Numbered from the stretch's first letter, positions 37,701-46,916 are shown. The stretch is 64,000 nucleotides of DNA from an uncultured Bacteroidales bacterium (GCA_963849945.1 CAWKJD010000021.1:3978-67977), one strand, 5' to 3'. The notes: generated by a model not told the origin, from the sequence alone. Translations and numbers: made by a program.

Positions 37701-38601
37701 CAGAGTAGGATTGCGAAAGATTAGGGCAATTTAACTCAGGAGGAGGTTCCTGATCATGTGCGTAAATTTTTGAGATATGCTGATAGGTCCCAAGCCTGTT
37801 AATATAATCACTTTCCGGGCTGTAGGAAAAAAAGATAGTGTCACCTTTGGGATGTACCATTGATGTTAAATAAAAGGCGGTAGTGGCACTCCTTTTTCCG
37901 GTTGGTGACTCGTAATTCATAATAGTAGTTTCTACATTATAATTCTCACCAAAATTGTATATAACCCCATCAGGATCCCTAATAAAAAAACCTTGTATCC
38001 CATTTTCATTTGTTGAACTTATTCTTATTTCAAGTTCATATTCATAGTTACTCAATACGGGCGTAAGAGTTGCATCGAGATAAAAACTCCCCGCAAATCC
38101 TGGCATAGAGAATTGAAAACCATCTAGTTCTGTGTCGCAATGAGAGCTCCGCTCAATAGAATTAAGCAATATTGTGCCATTGCCACCGTCTGATAAGTCT
38201 AGGGAATCAAGACCTACCTTATCATAAAACACCCGCTCAGCAGCTAGTTCATCAGGTAAGTCTTTTACGAACCTCGTAATAACCCCACCAGCGTGCAAAT
38301 TCCAGTTAATTCCTGTCCAACTGCACTGTTGGTCAACCTTTACTCCGTTTCCCACATAGTCCAAGCTTATAGGAACTGTCAAGTTACCTGCCACATAGTT
38401 AAAAATAGGAATTGTAGGACTAATCCTTCCTGAAGATTCGTTGATTGGAACGTTTCCGTACTTTGTCATTGCGTACGCCGTTGGAGATGGCATTATTATC
38501 GTATCCTGTGAATAGGAAATGTGACTAATGAATGCAAGAAGTAGAAGTAATCTTACTCTCTTGATGAACAATTCATTGTGGCCAATTGCTAATTTATTCA
38601 T
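34702..38601 (-). CDS. large secreted Rhs-partner protein, paralog of 13071..16547 (divergent body, near-identical last ~130 aa, more loosely conserved over the last ~210)
   Basis: Signal peptide LLLLLAFISHISYSQ. GRISPTIPIFNYVAGNLTVPISLDYVGNG...WTGINWNLHAGG. DANGKATYYEYDSFGRLCAV. Same Ig-like/BACON-like C-terminus. Confidence 0.65.
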   Translation of the reverse strand: MNKLAIGHNELFIKRVRLLLLLAFISHISYSQDTIIMPSPTAYAMTKYGNVPINESSGRISPTIPIFNYVAGNLTVPISLDYVGNGVKVDQQCSWTGINWNLHAGGVITRFVKDLPDELAAERVFYDKVGLDSLDLSDGGNGTILLNSIERSSHCDTELDGFQFSMPGFAGSFYLDATLTPVLSNYEYELEIRISSTNENGIQGFFIRDPDGVIYNFGENYNVETTIMNYESPTGKRSATTAFYLTSMVHPKGDTIFFSYSPESDYINRLGTYQHISKIYAHDQEPPPELNCPNLSQSYSDMNYLESTTLLNKITNGRYLYSIWSPRSNVGIYFQSTLTDSSYQYRRIVENIKVKNIDIGNIFLQVDLEYYSDYQRFFLTKATFNNNPTSSASYSYMMAYNDLGGLPDRFAFSQDHLGYFNGKNNQTLLPKNISTNFEEINSYLADREPDFTYASKGTLDTLYYPTGGYTYFEYEAPSTGIYQSNSRAFLETYCSYQGLIPDTKLEDNVFIAPELDEYGNTNNDILDQQINVHVNVTSSEDVNHHYIIYVKVQDLEYLTDTVRSFNLLPGDTLRSADFLFNFEKDHVYRVSLELDPNSQNTSDPCFVYVNAFFDYLTESNVANNGLGIRIKRVYDYPSASAEPIIKRYYYKQAKDILESAESSSAIPSSGSYYYLSRIVSICPTSSWDSYVTTYEVANLQSNTIKSLFPSNDNAWLYRYVTVSYGGDSLENGGIQKKFKIVEPSGPYSYFGNDGKQYDNELENSDMFNSKLENQTFIERGNNNQLYKIQSVDYTYKEIPNKPVTNMIIRRLFDICCEQDNSTTTGGLYLGLYRTFSHKFNIDSIISKDYIDPIHLDSIDDFSYRKLVSKKKFRYGSLVGLPTEIYIKTSNIEKVYETKYYYPPHAPITGLSETEVNNYQLLSSSHIWSVPVQTERYIGNYFTLPEYNDTIIEGGLSQKKLSTQRTIYNSELLPQKIQSSFDENPLEDKVFINVYDENGNPVEVKKVDDISTVYIWGYKQTQPIAKIEGFSYSEMSASITQLVSNIMSKSNSENTKTDEDELRDSLSLLRQLLPNSLVTTYTYNLPYGISSVTDANGKATYYEYDSFGRLCAVRDNEYNLIKDYSYHIQDEFNDRVIGTYTITAGKTGNGTITPSGSTNVIYGSDITYSFTADTGCSIADVLVDGVSVGAVTSYTFNGVISNHTISVIFECPNFLNLSTDHLYFNLSYGSSSVTISSNVNWTVTENLSWISVSPTSGSNSSSITVNCSRLFSGSRTGTITVSGGGITKTITVFQGDYLEE

Positions 38602-39211
38602 AACAAAACCTTATAATTAATAGTTAGTTCCCTTTCATCTATTTATTAATCCCAAAAACCTCTTCTTATAGATGCTGCATAGGGGAAATGGCTCTATAAT
38701 AAATTCATGGTATAACTAACATTTAAAAGTTCTCACTCTGTCAACCATATCTTTTAAAATGACTATAAGTCGTTATGCTTAGTAGATGCGAGGTTTCAAA
38801 GATTTTTGGAGACATAGATGTCCGTTGACTATGAAGCATGCAAAACAAGTCAGCAGGTACAATAAGCAGACTGGCTATGTTGAATGCTTTTAAATTCCTC
38901 ATTTAATAGGTCATATTTGGGTTTTTACATACTTACAATGGTCCTCATACATTGCTGATCATCAAGGTTTAATCTATGTTGAAATATGATAAAGTATATT
39001 GAAAATAAAATTACTTCGACCATCAGAACCACGAAAATTTTCAAGGCAGGTTATAGCAAGCTTTCAATAGACATTATCTTTACATCAAGCTCATTGCAGT
39101 ATTGTGTAAAATCCGATAATATTAAGCACCCTGGTCAGGTATCAGCTGCTCAGTCTGACCGGATTTTCAAAATTCGTCATCAATTCCGTCAACATCTTAA
39201 GCACAAAATCA

Positions 39212-39378
39212 CACCTATGTCGGTAGATATGAAGAGAAACAGGAAAGAACATTAACAGCAATCGCAACAGAACTGCCTGGCTGGAGATAATCCCTCATAA
39301 CATATTAATACTTAAGACATTATTGTCATTTGTTGTAATATTGCAACAAATTTTTCCAATTTTACCTTAGAAATAGCT
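39212..39378 (+). repeat. ~166-bp direct repeat, copy 2
   Basis: See 30337-30502. It lies at the accessory/core boundary. Confidence 0.8.
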
Positions 39379-39609
39379 GAGCAATCAAAAGGTGTTCTTA
39401 ATTACGAATTAATGATTAAATTTGGTAATTGAGATGACGTTCTTTAAACCTGGCCGTTGCCCGTTTCCCCGGAAATCACGAGTTATTATATATCAATTTT
39501 TAAGAAACTTTGCTTTTGCCATTAATTAAAAACTTAATAGACTGAAGCAGTGACACACAGATTAGTCACTGAATAATTAACCCGATCAACTTAATCCTAT
39601 CAACTATTT

Positions 39610-41193
39610 ATGAAAAAAACTCTCTTCCCTGCTCTTGGTATTATTTTACTCATGACAATTGGTTCATGCAGAAATGAATCTCAAAAGCCCGCAACTGCAA
39701 TTGAACCATTCCGGTTTGCAGAATACACAATTGACCAGCTGCAGCAGGGCTACAAAAACGGTGACTTTACGGTGACCGACGTTGTGCAGGCCTATCTTGA
39801 CCGCATAAAGGCTATTGATGACAACGGCCCGATGCTCAACGCTGTCATACAGGTCAATCCTGACGCTCTGTCAATAGCCGCACAGCTTGACAAGGAACTG
39901 AAGGAAGGAAAGATACGCGGTTCGATGCACGGCGTGCCTGTCCTCCTGAAAGATAATATTGATACTCATGACGGCATGGAGACGACAGCGGGGTCAAGAG
40001 CCCTTAGTGGGTCCCATCCGCCGAAGGACAGCTTTGTGGCTCAGAAGCTGCGTGATGCCGGTGCCGTAATCGTCGGCAAGACGAACCTGAGCGAGTGGGC
40101 CAACTTCCGCGGAAACCTGTCGTCCAGCGGATGGAGCGGGGTCGGAGGGCAGACAAAGAACCCATATATCCTTGACCGTAATCCGTGCGGCTCCAGCTCG
40201 GGCTCCGGCGTTGCCGTATCCTCCAACCTGTGCATGACAGCTGTTGGCACTGAGACCAACGGCTCCATCGTGTGCCCATCGACGGCTAACGGTATCGTAG
40301 GAATAAAACCTACTGTCGGCCTGCTCAGCCGCAGCGGCATCGTACCCATTTCTTTCACCCAGGACACTCCGGGACCAATGGCACGCACCGTACGTGACGC
40401 GGCAATAATGCTGGGCGCCATGACAGGCATTGACTCAACTGACAGCAAGACGGCAGCCTCCGAAGGGAAGATGTTCAGCGATTACACGCAATTTCTTAAG
40501 GAAGACGGACTGCAAGGCAAAAGGATAGGATGGTATACATCCGGAAGAGGCACCCACTTTAAGGTTGACACACTGATGCAGAAGGCTGTCGACTACATCA
40601 GGAGCCGGGGGGCAGAGGTTGTTGAGATAGAAAAGATTTATGACAACGAGGTGGGCTCGCTGTCCTTCCAGGTGCTCCTGTATGAATTCAAGGACGGACT
40701 GAATAAATACTTTGCTTCACTGGGTGCTGCTGCCCCGGTGAAAAACACCGAGGAACTGATTGAGTTCAACAGGAAAGATAGTGTTGAACTAAGATATTAT
40801 GATCAGGAGCTGCTTCTTGAAGCGCAGAAGAAAGGGAGTGTTGAATCCAAAGAGTTTCAGGACATACTTACGAAGATGAACCGTCTTGCACGCGGGGAGG
40901 GAATCGATAAGGTGATGGCTGAAAACCGACTTGACGCCTTCATGGCGCCTACCGGGTCACCTGCGTGGAAGACTGATCTTATCAACGGCGATGCATTTTT
41001 ATTGAGCAGCTCATCGCCTGCCGCAATTTCCGGTTACCCTGCCATCACTATCCCAATGGGCTTTGTGGAAGGTCTCCCGGTAGGCATCTCATTCTTCGGG
41101 AGAGCGTGGAGTGAACCTTTGCTCCTGGAGATAGCCTATGCCTACGAGACCGGAACAAGGCATCGCATGGCGCCTTTGTTCATTACTGAGTGA
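39610..41193 (+). CDS. amidase-signature family protein, lipoprotein-type signal
   Basis: MKKTLFPALGIILLMTIGSC. The amidase signature region contains GSSSGSGVAV and TETNGSI. Confidence 0.85.
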   Translation: MKKTLFPALGIILLMTIGSCRNESQKPATAIEPFRFAEYTIDQLQQGYKNGDFTVTDVVQAYLDRIKAIDDNGPMLNAVIQVNPDALSIAAQLDKELKEGKIRGSMHGVPVLLKDNIDTHDGMETTAGSRALSGSHPPKDSFVAQKLRDAGAVIVGKTNLSEWANFRGNLSSSGWSGVGGQTKNPYILDRNPCGSSSGSGVAVSSNLCMTAVGTETNGSIVCPSTANGIVGIKPTVGLLSRSGIVPISFTQDTPGPMARTVRDAAIMLGAMTGIDSTDSKTAASEGKMFSDYTQFLKEDGLQGKRIGWYTSGRGTHFKVDTLMQKAVDYIRSRGAEVVEIEKIYDNEVGSLSFQVLLYEFKDGLNKYFASLGAAAPVKNTEELIEFNRKDSVELRYYDQELLLEAQKKGSVESKEFQDILTKMNRLARGEGIDKVMAENRLDAFMAPTGSPAWKTDLINGDAFLLSSSSPAAISGYPAITIPMGFVEGLPVGISFFGRAWSEPLLLEIAYAYETGTRHRMAPLFITE

Positions 41194-43246
41194 CACCTGA
41201 AGGTGCCTCATTGACTTTTGTGAGATAACTGTGGACCTCGACCTGTGACCGGAGGGGCTTTTTCTGAGACCTGACAAATTTATTTGACTGAGCCTCGTCG
41301 AAGATCCTCGCCTTCACATTGTCATTCCACTGTATCTCAAACACATCCGTGATCTCCTTCTTAATGGCCGGATCAAAGACAGGGCATGACACCTCTATTC
41401 TTCGATCAAGATTTCTTGGCATTATGTCAGCTGAGGTAATATACACCAGTTCATCACCCCCGTTGCAAAAGATCGTAAATCTTGAATGCTCAAGGAACCT
41501 GTCAACAATGCCGATGGCCCTGATATTCTCACTGAGCCCCTTGATCCCGGGGATAAGAGAAAACATACCTCTTACTATCAGCCTGATCTTTACACCGGCC
41601 TTGCTTGCCTTATAGAGCCTGCCGATTATTTCCTCATCCGTCAGATTGTTGATCTTAATGGAGATATAGGCTTCTTTCCCTGCCTTTGCATTTTTGGTTT
41701 CACTTTCAATAAGCATCAGCAGCTTATTGCGGAGACCGAACGGCGACACCAGGAGATGGTAAAACTTATCCTTCCGGTAATTGGCAATGAAAAAATTGAA
41801 TGCTTTAAGTACCTCGTTGGTTATCTTCTTTTCTGAGGTAAGCAGCAAATGGTCAGTATATACCCTGGCTGTGTCCTCATTGAAGTTGCCGGTACCCACA
41901 GCAGCAAATCTCTGTGTGACATCATTCTTGACCCTGGTGATAAGACAGAGTTTTGAATGCACCTTCAGTCCGGGTACACCATAAATCACCTTCACACCTT
42001 CATCAAGCAGTTTATTGCCCCACAGGATGTTAGCCTCTTCATCAAAGCGTGCCTGCAGTTCAACTACGGTAGTTACACTCTTGCCATTTCGCGCAGCATT
42101 TAGCAGGGCGTTGATGACACTTGAGTTCCGTGCAAGCCTGTAAAGGGTGATATGTATCGAGGTCACATTCGGGTCAATGGATGCTTCCCTCAGAAGGTCG
42201 ATGAAATGATCAAACGGGTTATATGGAAAATAAAGCAGGACATCCTTCTTTTTAATGACCGAAAGGATGCTTTTACCGCGTTGAATATCACGATGATATA
42301 TAGGCGGCAATTTCTTATAATAAAGATCTTCATCCAGATGTATGAAGTTCATGAAATCCTTGAAATTATGATACCTGTCTCCGGGTATCATGACATCGTC
42401 AGGGCCAAGGTTTAGTTTCTTTGCGAGGGTTTTGAAAAGATTCTGAGGAATATTCCTGTCGTACACGAACCTTACCGGAGTTCCCTTCTTGCGCTGCTGC
42501 AGACTTTTTGAGAGTTTGTCAATGTAGCTTTCAGAAATATCGTCTGCTATATCGAGCTCGGCATCTTTGGTCAGCTTGATAGTATAGGCTTCCAGTTCAT
42601 CAAAGGGAAAGATAAAGAAAAGGTCCCTGAGCCCGAACCTTATCACATCGTCAAGAAAGATTATGTACTTAGCTCCATCCTTGCCCGGAAGCATTATAAA
42701 CCTGGGAAGCAAATCTGTTGGTATCTCCAGCAGCGAATGCCATTTCTTATCCGTAACAGTGTTCTTTATAAGAATGGCGAAGTAGATCGCATCATCAGTG
42801 AGGTCAGGCAGCTTGCCGTCTTTGGTTATCATCAGGGGCATCAGCCTGTTTCTGACCTCTTTGTGGAAATAATTCTGAACGAACTCTGCCTGTTCAGCAT
42901 TCAGTTGCTGCTCATTGACAAAATGAATGTTGTGCTTTTTCAGCTCTTTCAGGAGGTCCGAGTAGGTCTTTTCGAACCTTGTATTCTGCTCAATAACAAT
43001 TTTCTGTACACTTTTAAGCGTCTTTTTGGGGTCGTATCCCAGGATGTTCTTCGACTTGCTGCCGAAAAGGGATAATCTCTTAAGAGTAGCCACTCTCACC
43101 CTGAAGTATTCGTCGAGGTTATTGGAATAAATACCAAGGAAATTGAACCTGTCCATCAGGGGTACTTCCCTGTTTTCTGCTTCCTGCAGAACCCGTTCAT
43201 TAAAAGATAACCAGCTTACTTCCTTGGGGATATACGCCTTGCTCAT
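41183..43246 (-). CDS. ppk1: polyphosphate kinase 1
   Basis: EVSWLSFNERVLQEAENREVPLMDRFNFLGIYSNNLDEYFRVRV is the typical PPK1 N-terminus. 687 aa. Confidence 0.95.
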   Translation of the reverse strand: MSKAYIPKEVSWLSFNERVLQEAENREVPLMDRFNFLGIYSNNLDEYFRVRVATLKRLSLFGSKSKNILGYDPKKTLKSVQKIVIEQNTRFEKTYSDLLKELKKHNIHFVNEQQLNAEQAEFVQNYFHKEVRNRLMPLMITKDGKLPDLTDDAIYFAILIKNTVTDKKWHSLLEIPTDLLPRFIMLPGKDGAKYIIFLDDVIRFGLRDLFFIFPFDELEAYTIKLTKDAELDIADDISESYIDKLSKSLQQRKKGTPVRFVYDRNIPQNLFKTLAKKLNLGPDDVMIPGDRYHNFKDFMNFIHLDEDLYYKKLPPIYHRDIQRGKSILSVIKKKDVLLYFPYNPFDHFIDLLREASIDPNVTSIHITLYRLARNSSVINALLNAARNGKSVTTVVELQARFDEEANILWGNKLLDEGVKVIYGVPGLKVHSKLCLITRVKNDVTQRFAAVGTGNFNEDTARVYTDHLLLTSEKKITNEVLKAFNFFIANYRKDKFYHLLVSPFGLRNKLLMLIESETKNAKAGKEAYISIKINNLTDEEIIGRLYKASKAGVKIRLIVRGMFSLIPGIKGLSENIRAIGIVDRFLEHSRFTIFCNGGDELVYITSADIMPRNLDRRIEVSCPVFDPAIKKEITDVFEIQWNDNVKARIFDEAQSNKFVRSQKKPLRSQVEVHSYLTKVNEAPSGVTQ

Positions 43247-43770
43247 ACAAGAGATTTAGGTGTCAGGAAATATTTGATCTTACCGCCGGCCTGTTTGAGC
43301 GACGACCAGCTTTCTGCCGGAAAGGTAATGCATAATACTCCGGATTTCGGAAGGTCTTCAGTTTCATCAGCGGAGAAAAATGCCGGCATCGCCGAAATAA
43401 GCGGATTATGTCCGAAGAGAGTGATGGTGTCCGTCTCGTCACTCTGTGAACTGAAGAAGGATACATAAGATTTGCGCTCAAACATTGAATAAAGGTCAGA
43501 GCATATTTTTATGCTATCGGGGTTTATTTTGAATTCCTTTCCGAAGATCATGGCTGTTTCAAGGGCTCTGAATGCAGGACTGGAGATCACCAGTCCGAGG
43601 TCTTTTTCCTTTGAGGCAAGGAGTTGCGCCATCAGCTTCGACTGACTTTTGCCTTTGAGAGTAAGTGACCTTTCAAAGTCAGTGATCTCGTTTACCTGGT
43701 CTTCAGCCTTTGCATGCCTTATGAAGATCAGTTTTTTAATATTGCCTTGTTTGTTCCGGACCGTTTTCAT
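43243..43770 (-). CDS. histidine phosphatase family protein (SixA-like)
   Basis: LIFIRHAKAE (RHG-type motif) and TLFGHNP. 4-nt overlap with ppk1. Confidence 0.75.
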   Translation of the reverse strand: MKTVRNKQGNIKKLIFIRHAKAEDQVNEITDFERSLTLKGKSQSKLMAQLLASKEKDLGLVISSPAFRALETAMIFGKEFKINPDSIKICSDLYSMFERKSYVSFFSSQSDETDTITLFGHNPLISAMPAFFSADETEDLPKSGVLCITFPAESWSSLKQAGGKIKYFLTPKSLV

Positions 43771-43788
43771 CGCTTAATGTTAAAAGAT

Positions 43789-44829
43789 TTATACTCCGAA
43801 GCATGTCCCCATTTCTCTGGCCTGTTTAACCATGGGGTCATTCTGTTCAACAAGTTTCGTTTTGCCTGCCACTTCTCCAAGCTTTACTGAGGAGATCTCA
43901 CCTTTACGGTGGGCAACCATTTTGCCGAAATCGTTCTCTGCAATCAGGTTAGCTGCTGCAGCTCCAAACCTTGATGCCAGAACTCTGTCCATCGGTGACG
44001 GCGATCCGCCTCTCTGAACATAACCAAGCACGGTTTCTCTTGTCTCAAGGCCCGTGACTTCTTCTATCTTCCGTGCCAGGTATCTTCCGGCTGAGGTTTC
44101 ACCTTCAGGAATTTCTATTCCTTCAGCTGTAACTACTATACTATAAGGTTTGTTGTCGTCTGCTCTTTTCTTAAGGTAATTCATAATGACATCTTCATCA
44201 TGCGGTATTTCGGGTATCAGGATGACATCACCGCCTCCCGCCATGCCGGAATAAAGTGCGAGCCACCCGGCATTATGCCCCATAATTTCAATCACCATTA
44301 TCCTTTTATGAGAGTTGGCTGTTGAATGGAGCCTGTCAATAGCCTCTGTGGCAATATTGACGGCCGAATCAAATCCGAAAGTCATATCTGTTCCCCATAC
44401 ATCATTGTCAATCGTCTTGGGTATTCCGACAACATTCAGTCCTTCCTGTGACAGCATGTAGGCAGTCTTCATGGTGCCGTTACCGCCGATGCAAACGAGG
44501 CAGTCGAGCCCGAGCTGCTCATAATGTTCTTTAATAAGCAGGGGCTTTGCATTGTCATTTTTCTTTTTGCTGTCACTTTTAAAAGGTTTTTCGCGGGAGG
44601 TGCCAAGTATTGTTCCGCCAAGTGTCAGTATGCCTGACAGGTGGCTCTCAGTCAGCTCAAACCAGTCTTTGGTTATCAGGCCTGAAAAGCCGTCACTGAT
44701 TCCGATGACTTTCATGCCATACTTTACGATGGCTGTTTTTCCGACTCCCCTGATTGCGGCATTTATCCCAGGGCAATCGCCGCCGGCCGTCAAAATACCA
44801 ATTCTCGTGGGTACAGTGTTCTTGCTCAT
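43789..44829 (-). CDS. pfkA: 6-phosphofructokinase
   Basis: IGILTAGGDCPGINAAIRGV, CIGGNGTMK, IPKTIDNDV, GYVQRGG. Confidence 0.9.
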   Translation of the reverse strand: MSKNTVPTRIGILTAGGDCPGINAAIRGVGKTAIVKYGMKVIGISDGFSGLITKDWFELTESHLSGILTLGGTILGTSREKPFKSDSKKKNDNAKPLLIKEHYEQLGLDCLVCIGGNGTMKTAYMLSQEGLNVVGIPKTIDNDVWGTDMTFGFDSAVNIATEAIDRLHSTANSHKRIMVIEIMGHNAGWLALYSGMAGGGDVILIPEIPHDEDVIMNYLKKRADDNKPYSIVVTAEGIEIPEGETSAGRYLARKIEEVTGLETRETVLGYVQRGGSPSPMDRVLASRFGAAAANLIAENDFGKMVAHRKGEISSVKLGEVAGKTKLVEQNDPMVKQAREMGTCFGV

Positions 44830-44926
44830 GTCGCTCTTTAGTAATAGTCGCTGATTAATTATTAGTAAAAGTATTAAATTTAGCCATACAAATGTGTAAC
44901 TTTATGAGGCACTTGCATTCGGCCTG

Positions 44927-45817
44927 ATGACAGATACCGCACTAAAACAGCTAAAAGAGATCAAACCTGCACTTGCCGGTTATATAAGGGATTCTCTCAC
45001 ATTACTTGGCCAATTGCCATTGCCTGATGATAATGCCATTCATGATATCAGGGTCCTGATGAAACGGCAGCGCGCAACCATCAGGCTGATCAGGCCGCTG
45101 CTTGATGAGCAGGTGTATAACCGTGAGTACCTTGAAGGACGGGAGGTGGGCCGGATACTGTGCTCATGGCGTGAGATGTCAGTGCTGTACAAGACAATGA
45201 AGGCGCTCAAAAAGGAGAACCCTAAGCTCTTTGTGAAACTCTGGGATAATGAAAAGATACAGAACCTGCTGCGCAAGCCTTATTCAACGTGGACGATAGC
45301 AGGGGAGAAGAGCAGATCAATAAAAGAAATCAATGCACGACTGAATAAAGCCCGTTACAGGGTAAGGTTTCTGAACCTGGATAATCCTGATATACACTTG
45401 CTTCTGGAGGAGCTTGAGCGAAACTACCTTATTACCGCAAAGGCATATCTTGACTGCAGGATGACTCCCCGGCCGGCCCTGCTGCATAACTTCCGGAAGA
45501 AATCCAAGACCTTCATGTACCAGTTGTACTACTTCCGTTCAATTAATCAGCCCAGGATAAAATCGCTTGAGAAAAAACTTGATCTTCTGACACAAAATCT
45601 CGGAAAGTACAATGATCTTGCCCAGATAACGGACCTGATCGGCTATAAGTACCATAATGCTGCCGGTAATGCCGTTATGGATGAGCTGGCGGTGGTGATC
45701 AGGGATAAGCAGGATAAATACCTTTTAAAGGTATGGCCTTCGGCATACCGTATCTTTTCTCCCGGGAAGAATCTCGGAGACCTTATCGGCTTCACACTAC
45801 AGAAGAGGTCATCCTGA
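44927..45817 (+). CDS. CHAD domain protein
   Basis: IHDIRVLMKRQRATIRLIRPLL and further helical KK/R-rich repeats typical of CHAD. Confidence 0.7.
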   Translation: MTDTALKQLKEIKPALAGYIRDSLTLLGQLPLPDDNAIHDIRVLMKRQRATIRLIRPLLDEQVYNREYLEGREVGRILCSWREMSVLYKTMKALKKENPKLFVKLWDNEKIQNLLRKPYSTWTIAGEKSRSIKEINARLNKARYRVRFLNLDNPDIHLLLEELERNYLITAKAYLDCRMTPRPALLHNFRKKSKTFMYQLYYFRSINQPRIKSLEKKLDLLTQNLGKYNDLAQITDLIGYKYHNAAGNAVMDELAVVIRDKQDKYLLKVWPSAYRIFSPGKNLGDLIGFTLQKRSS

Positions 45818-46747
45818 CAATCCGTTTCCGATTGCCTGTACCATAGTCATCAGCTGCATCCTGTTCCTTACATTAGTCTTGGAATAGATGCGTGATGTGT
45901 GGTCTTTTACCGTCTGAAGGCTGATGAACAGCTTATTGGCTATTTCCTGGTTGCTGAGTCCGTTGCAGATCTCCCTTATAATGTCAGCTTCTCTTGGCGA
46001 GATCTCATGCTTTTTGCAGAAGTCCTCGATACCGGTGATCAGCTGATGCTGTTCAGAGACCTGACCTGCCTTCAGGTCTGCCTGGTAAGTAAGATAGACG
46101 GGCAGCAGGGTTGTGCCGGCAAAAAGCAGGAAGACAAATACCAGAGCCATCCATATTGAATGAGGCAGGAGCAGAAGGACTGCTGCCTGCGAAAACGCTC
46201 CTGCTGCTATTATTATTGCCAGGGCCATCCGGTCAGCTTTTCCGAAAGGACCTGACTTTCCCCTGACGAGGATAAATGATGCAATCAGAGAGAAAATCAC
46301 GGCTGCGCAGCAGTAATATAATTTGAACAGCGGCAGTGCTTCGCTGAAAACTATATCGCGTGATACAAGACCAAGGACTGCAATGAACCCGATATTAAAC
46401 AAAAGATAAAGAATGACGGGATAGCCTTTAAAACTCAGCCCTGCAGCATCAGATCCGAACCTGAGCAGCATCATCCATCCCAATATAATAAAAGGAAGGC
46501 CGAGCAGCAATGAGACCACAGACACGGTAGTGAGCAGTTCAGGGGTGAGCCGAGTACCTGCTACGGCACCTATGATGAACTGTCCCCAGATGCCATAGAA
46601 GCCGAAGGCAAACATGAAGATTACATAATAAAAGAGTGATTTGTTGAAAGGCAAAGGGTGTTCTTTAAGCAGACGCGACGTCAGTAAAAAGCTCCCCGCA
46701 GCCATTGCAACACAAAAAATAAATACGACCAGACTGATCAGTTCCAT
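45809..46747 (-). CDS. membrane-anchored LuxR-type HTH regulator
   Basis: About 230 aa of multiple TM helices, then SPREADIIREICNGLSNQEIANKLFISLQTVKDHTSRIYSK. Confidence 0.8.
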   Translation of the reverse strand: MELISLVVFIFCVAMAAGSFLLTSRLLKEHPLPFNKSLFYYVIFMFAFGFYGIWGQFIIGAVAGTRLTPELLTTVSVVSLLLGLPFIILGWMMLLRFGSDAAGLSFKGYPVILYLLFNIGFIAVLGLVSRDIVFSEALPLFKLYYCCAAVIFSLIASFILVRGKSGPFGKADRMALAIIIAAGAFSQAAVLLLLPHSIWMALVFVFLLFAGTTLLPVYLTYQADLKAGQVSEQHQLITGIEDFCKKHEISPREADIIREICNGLSNQEIANKLFISLQTVKDHTSRIYSKTNVRNRMQLMTMVQAIGNGLSG

Positions 46748-46916
46748 ATCGGAGTCAATGTAACAATTTGAAAATCAATAACTACCAAAGTAGTGAAGTG
46801 CATACTTAAGTAGGATTCTGTAAAATCACTACTAAGGTATGAAATCCATTTCAGGAAGCCGGTATAGATTTGCTATGACAATTAAAATTTTATGGAACAG
46901 TAAAAAGCAAAAGAAA

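Noticed and set aside
9644-38601. Assigning the Rhs toxins to a type VI secretion system
   Set aside because: No PAAR, VgrG, Hcp, TssB/C/K or adaptor gene is present in the window, and both RHS proteins carry Sec-type signal peptides. A T6SS elsewhere in the genome cannot be excluded.
38986-39255. 89-aa ORF upstream of Rhs locus 2
   Set aside because: It is low-complexity and its 3' end runs into the 166-bp repeat. No family resemblance was seen. It is probably IS or intergenic debris.
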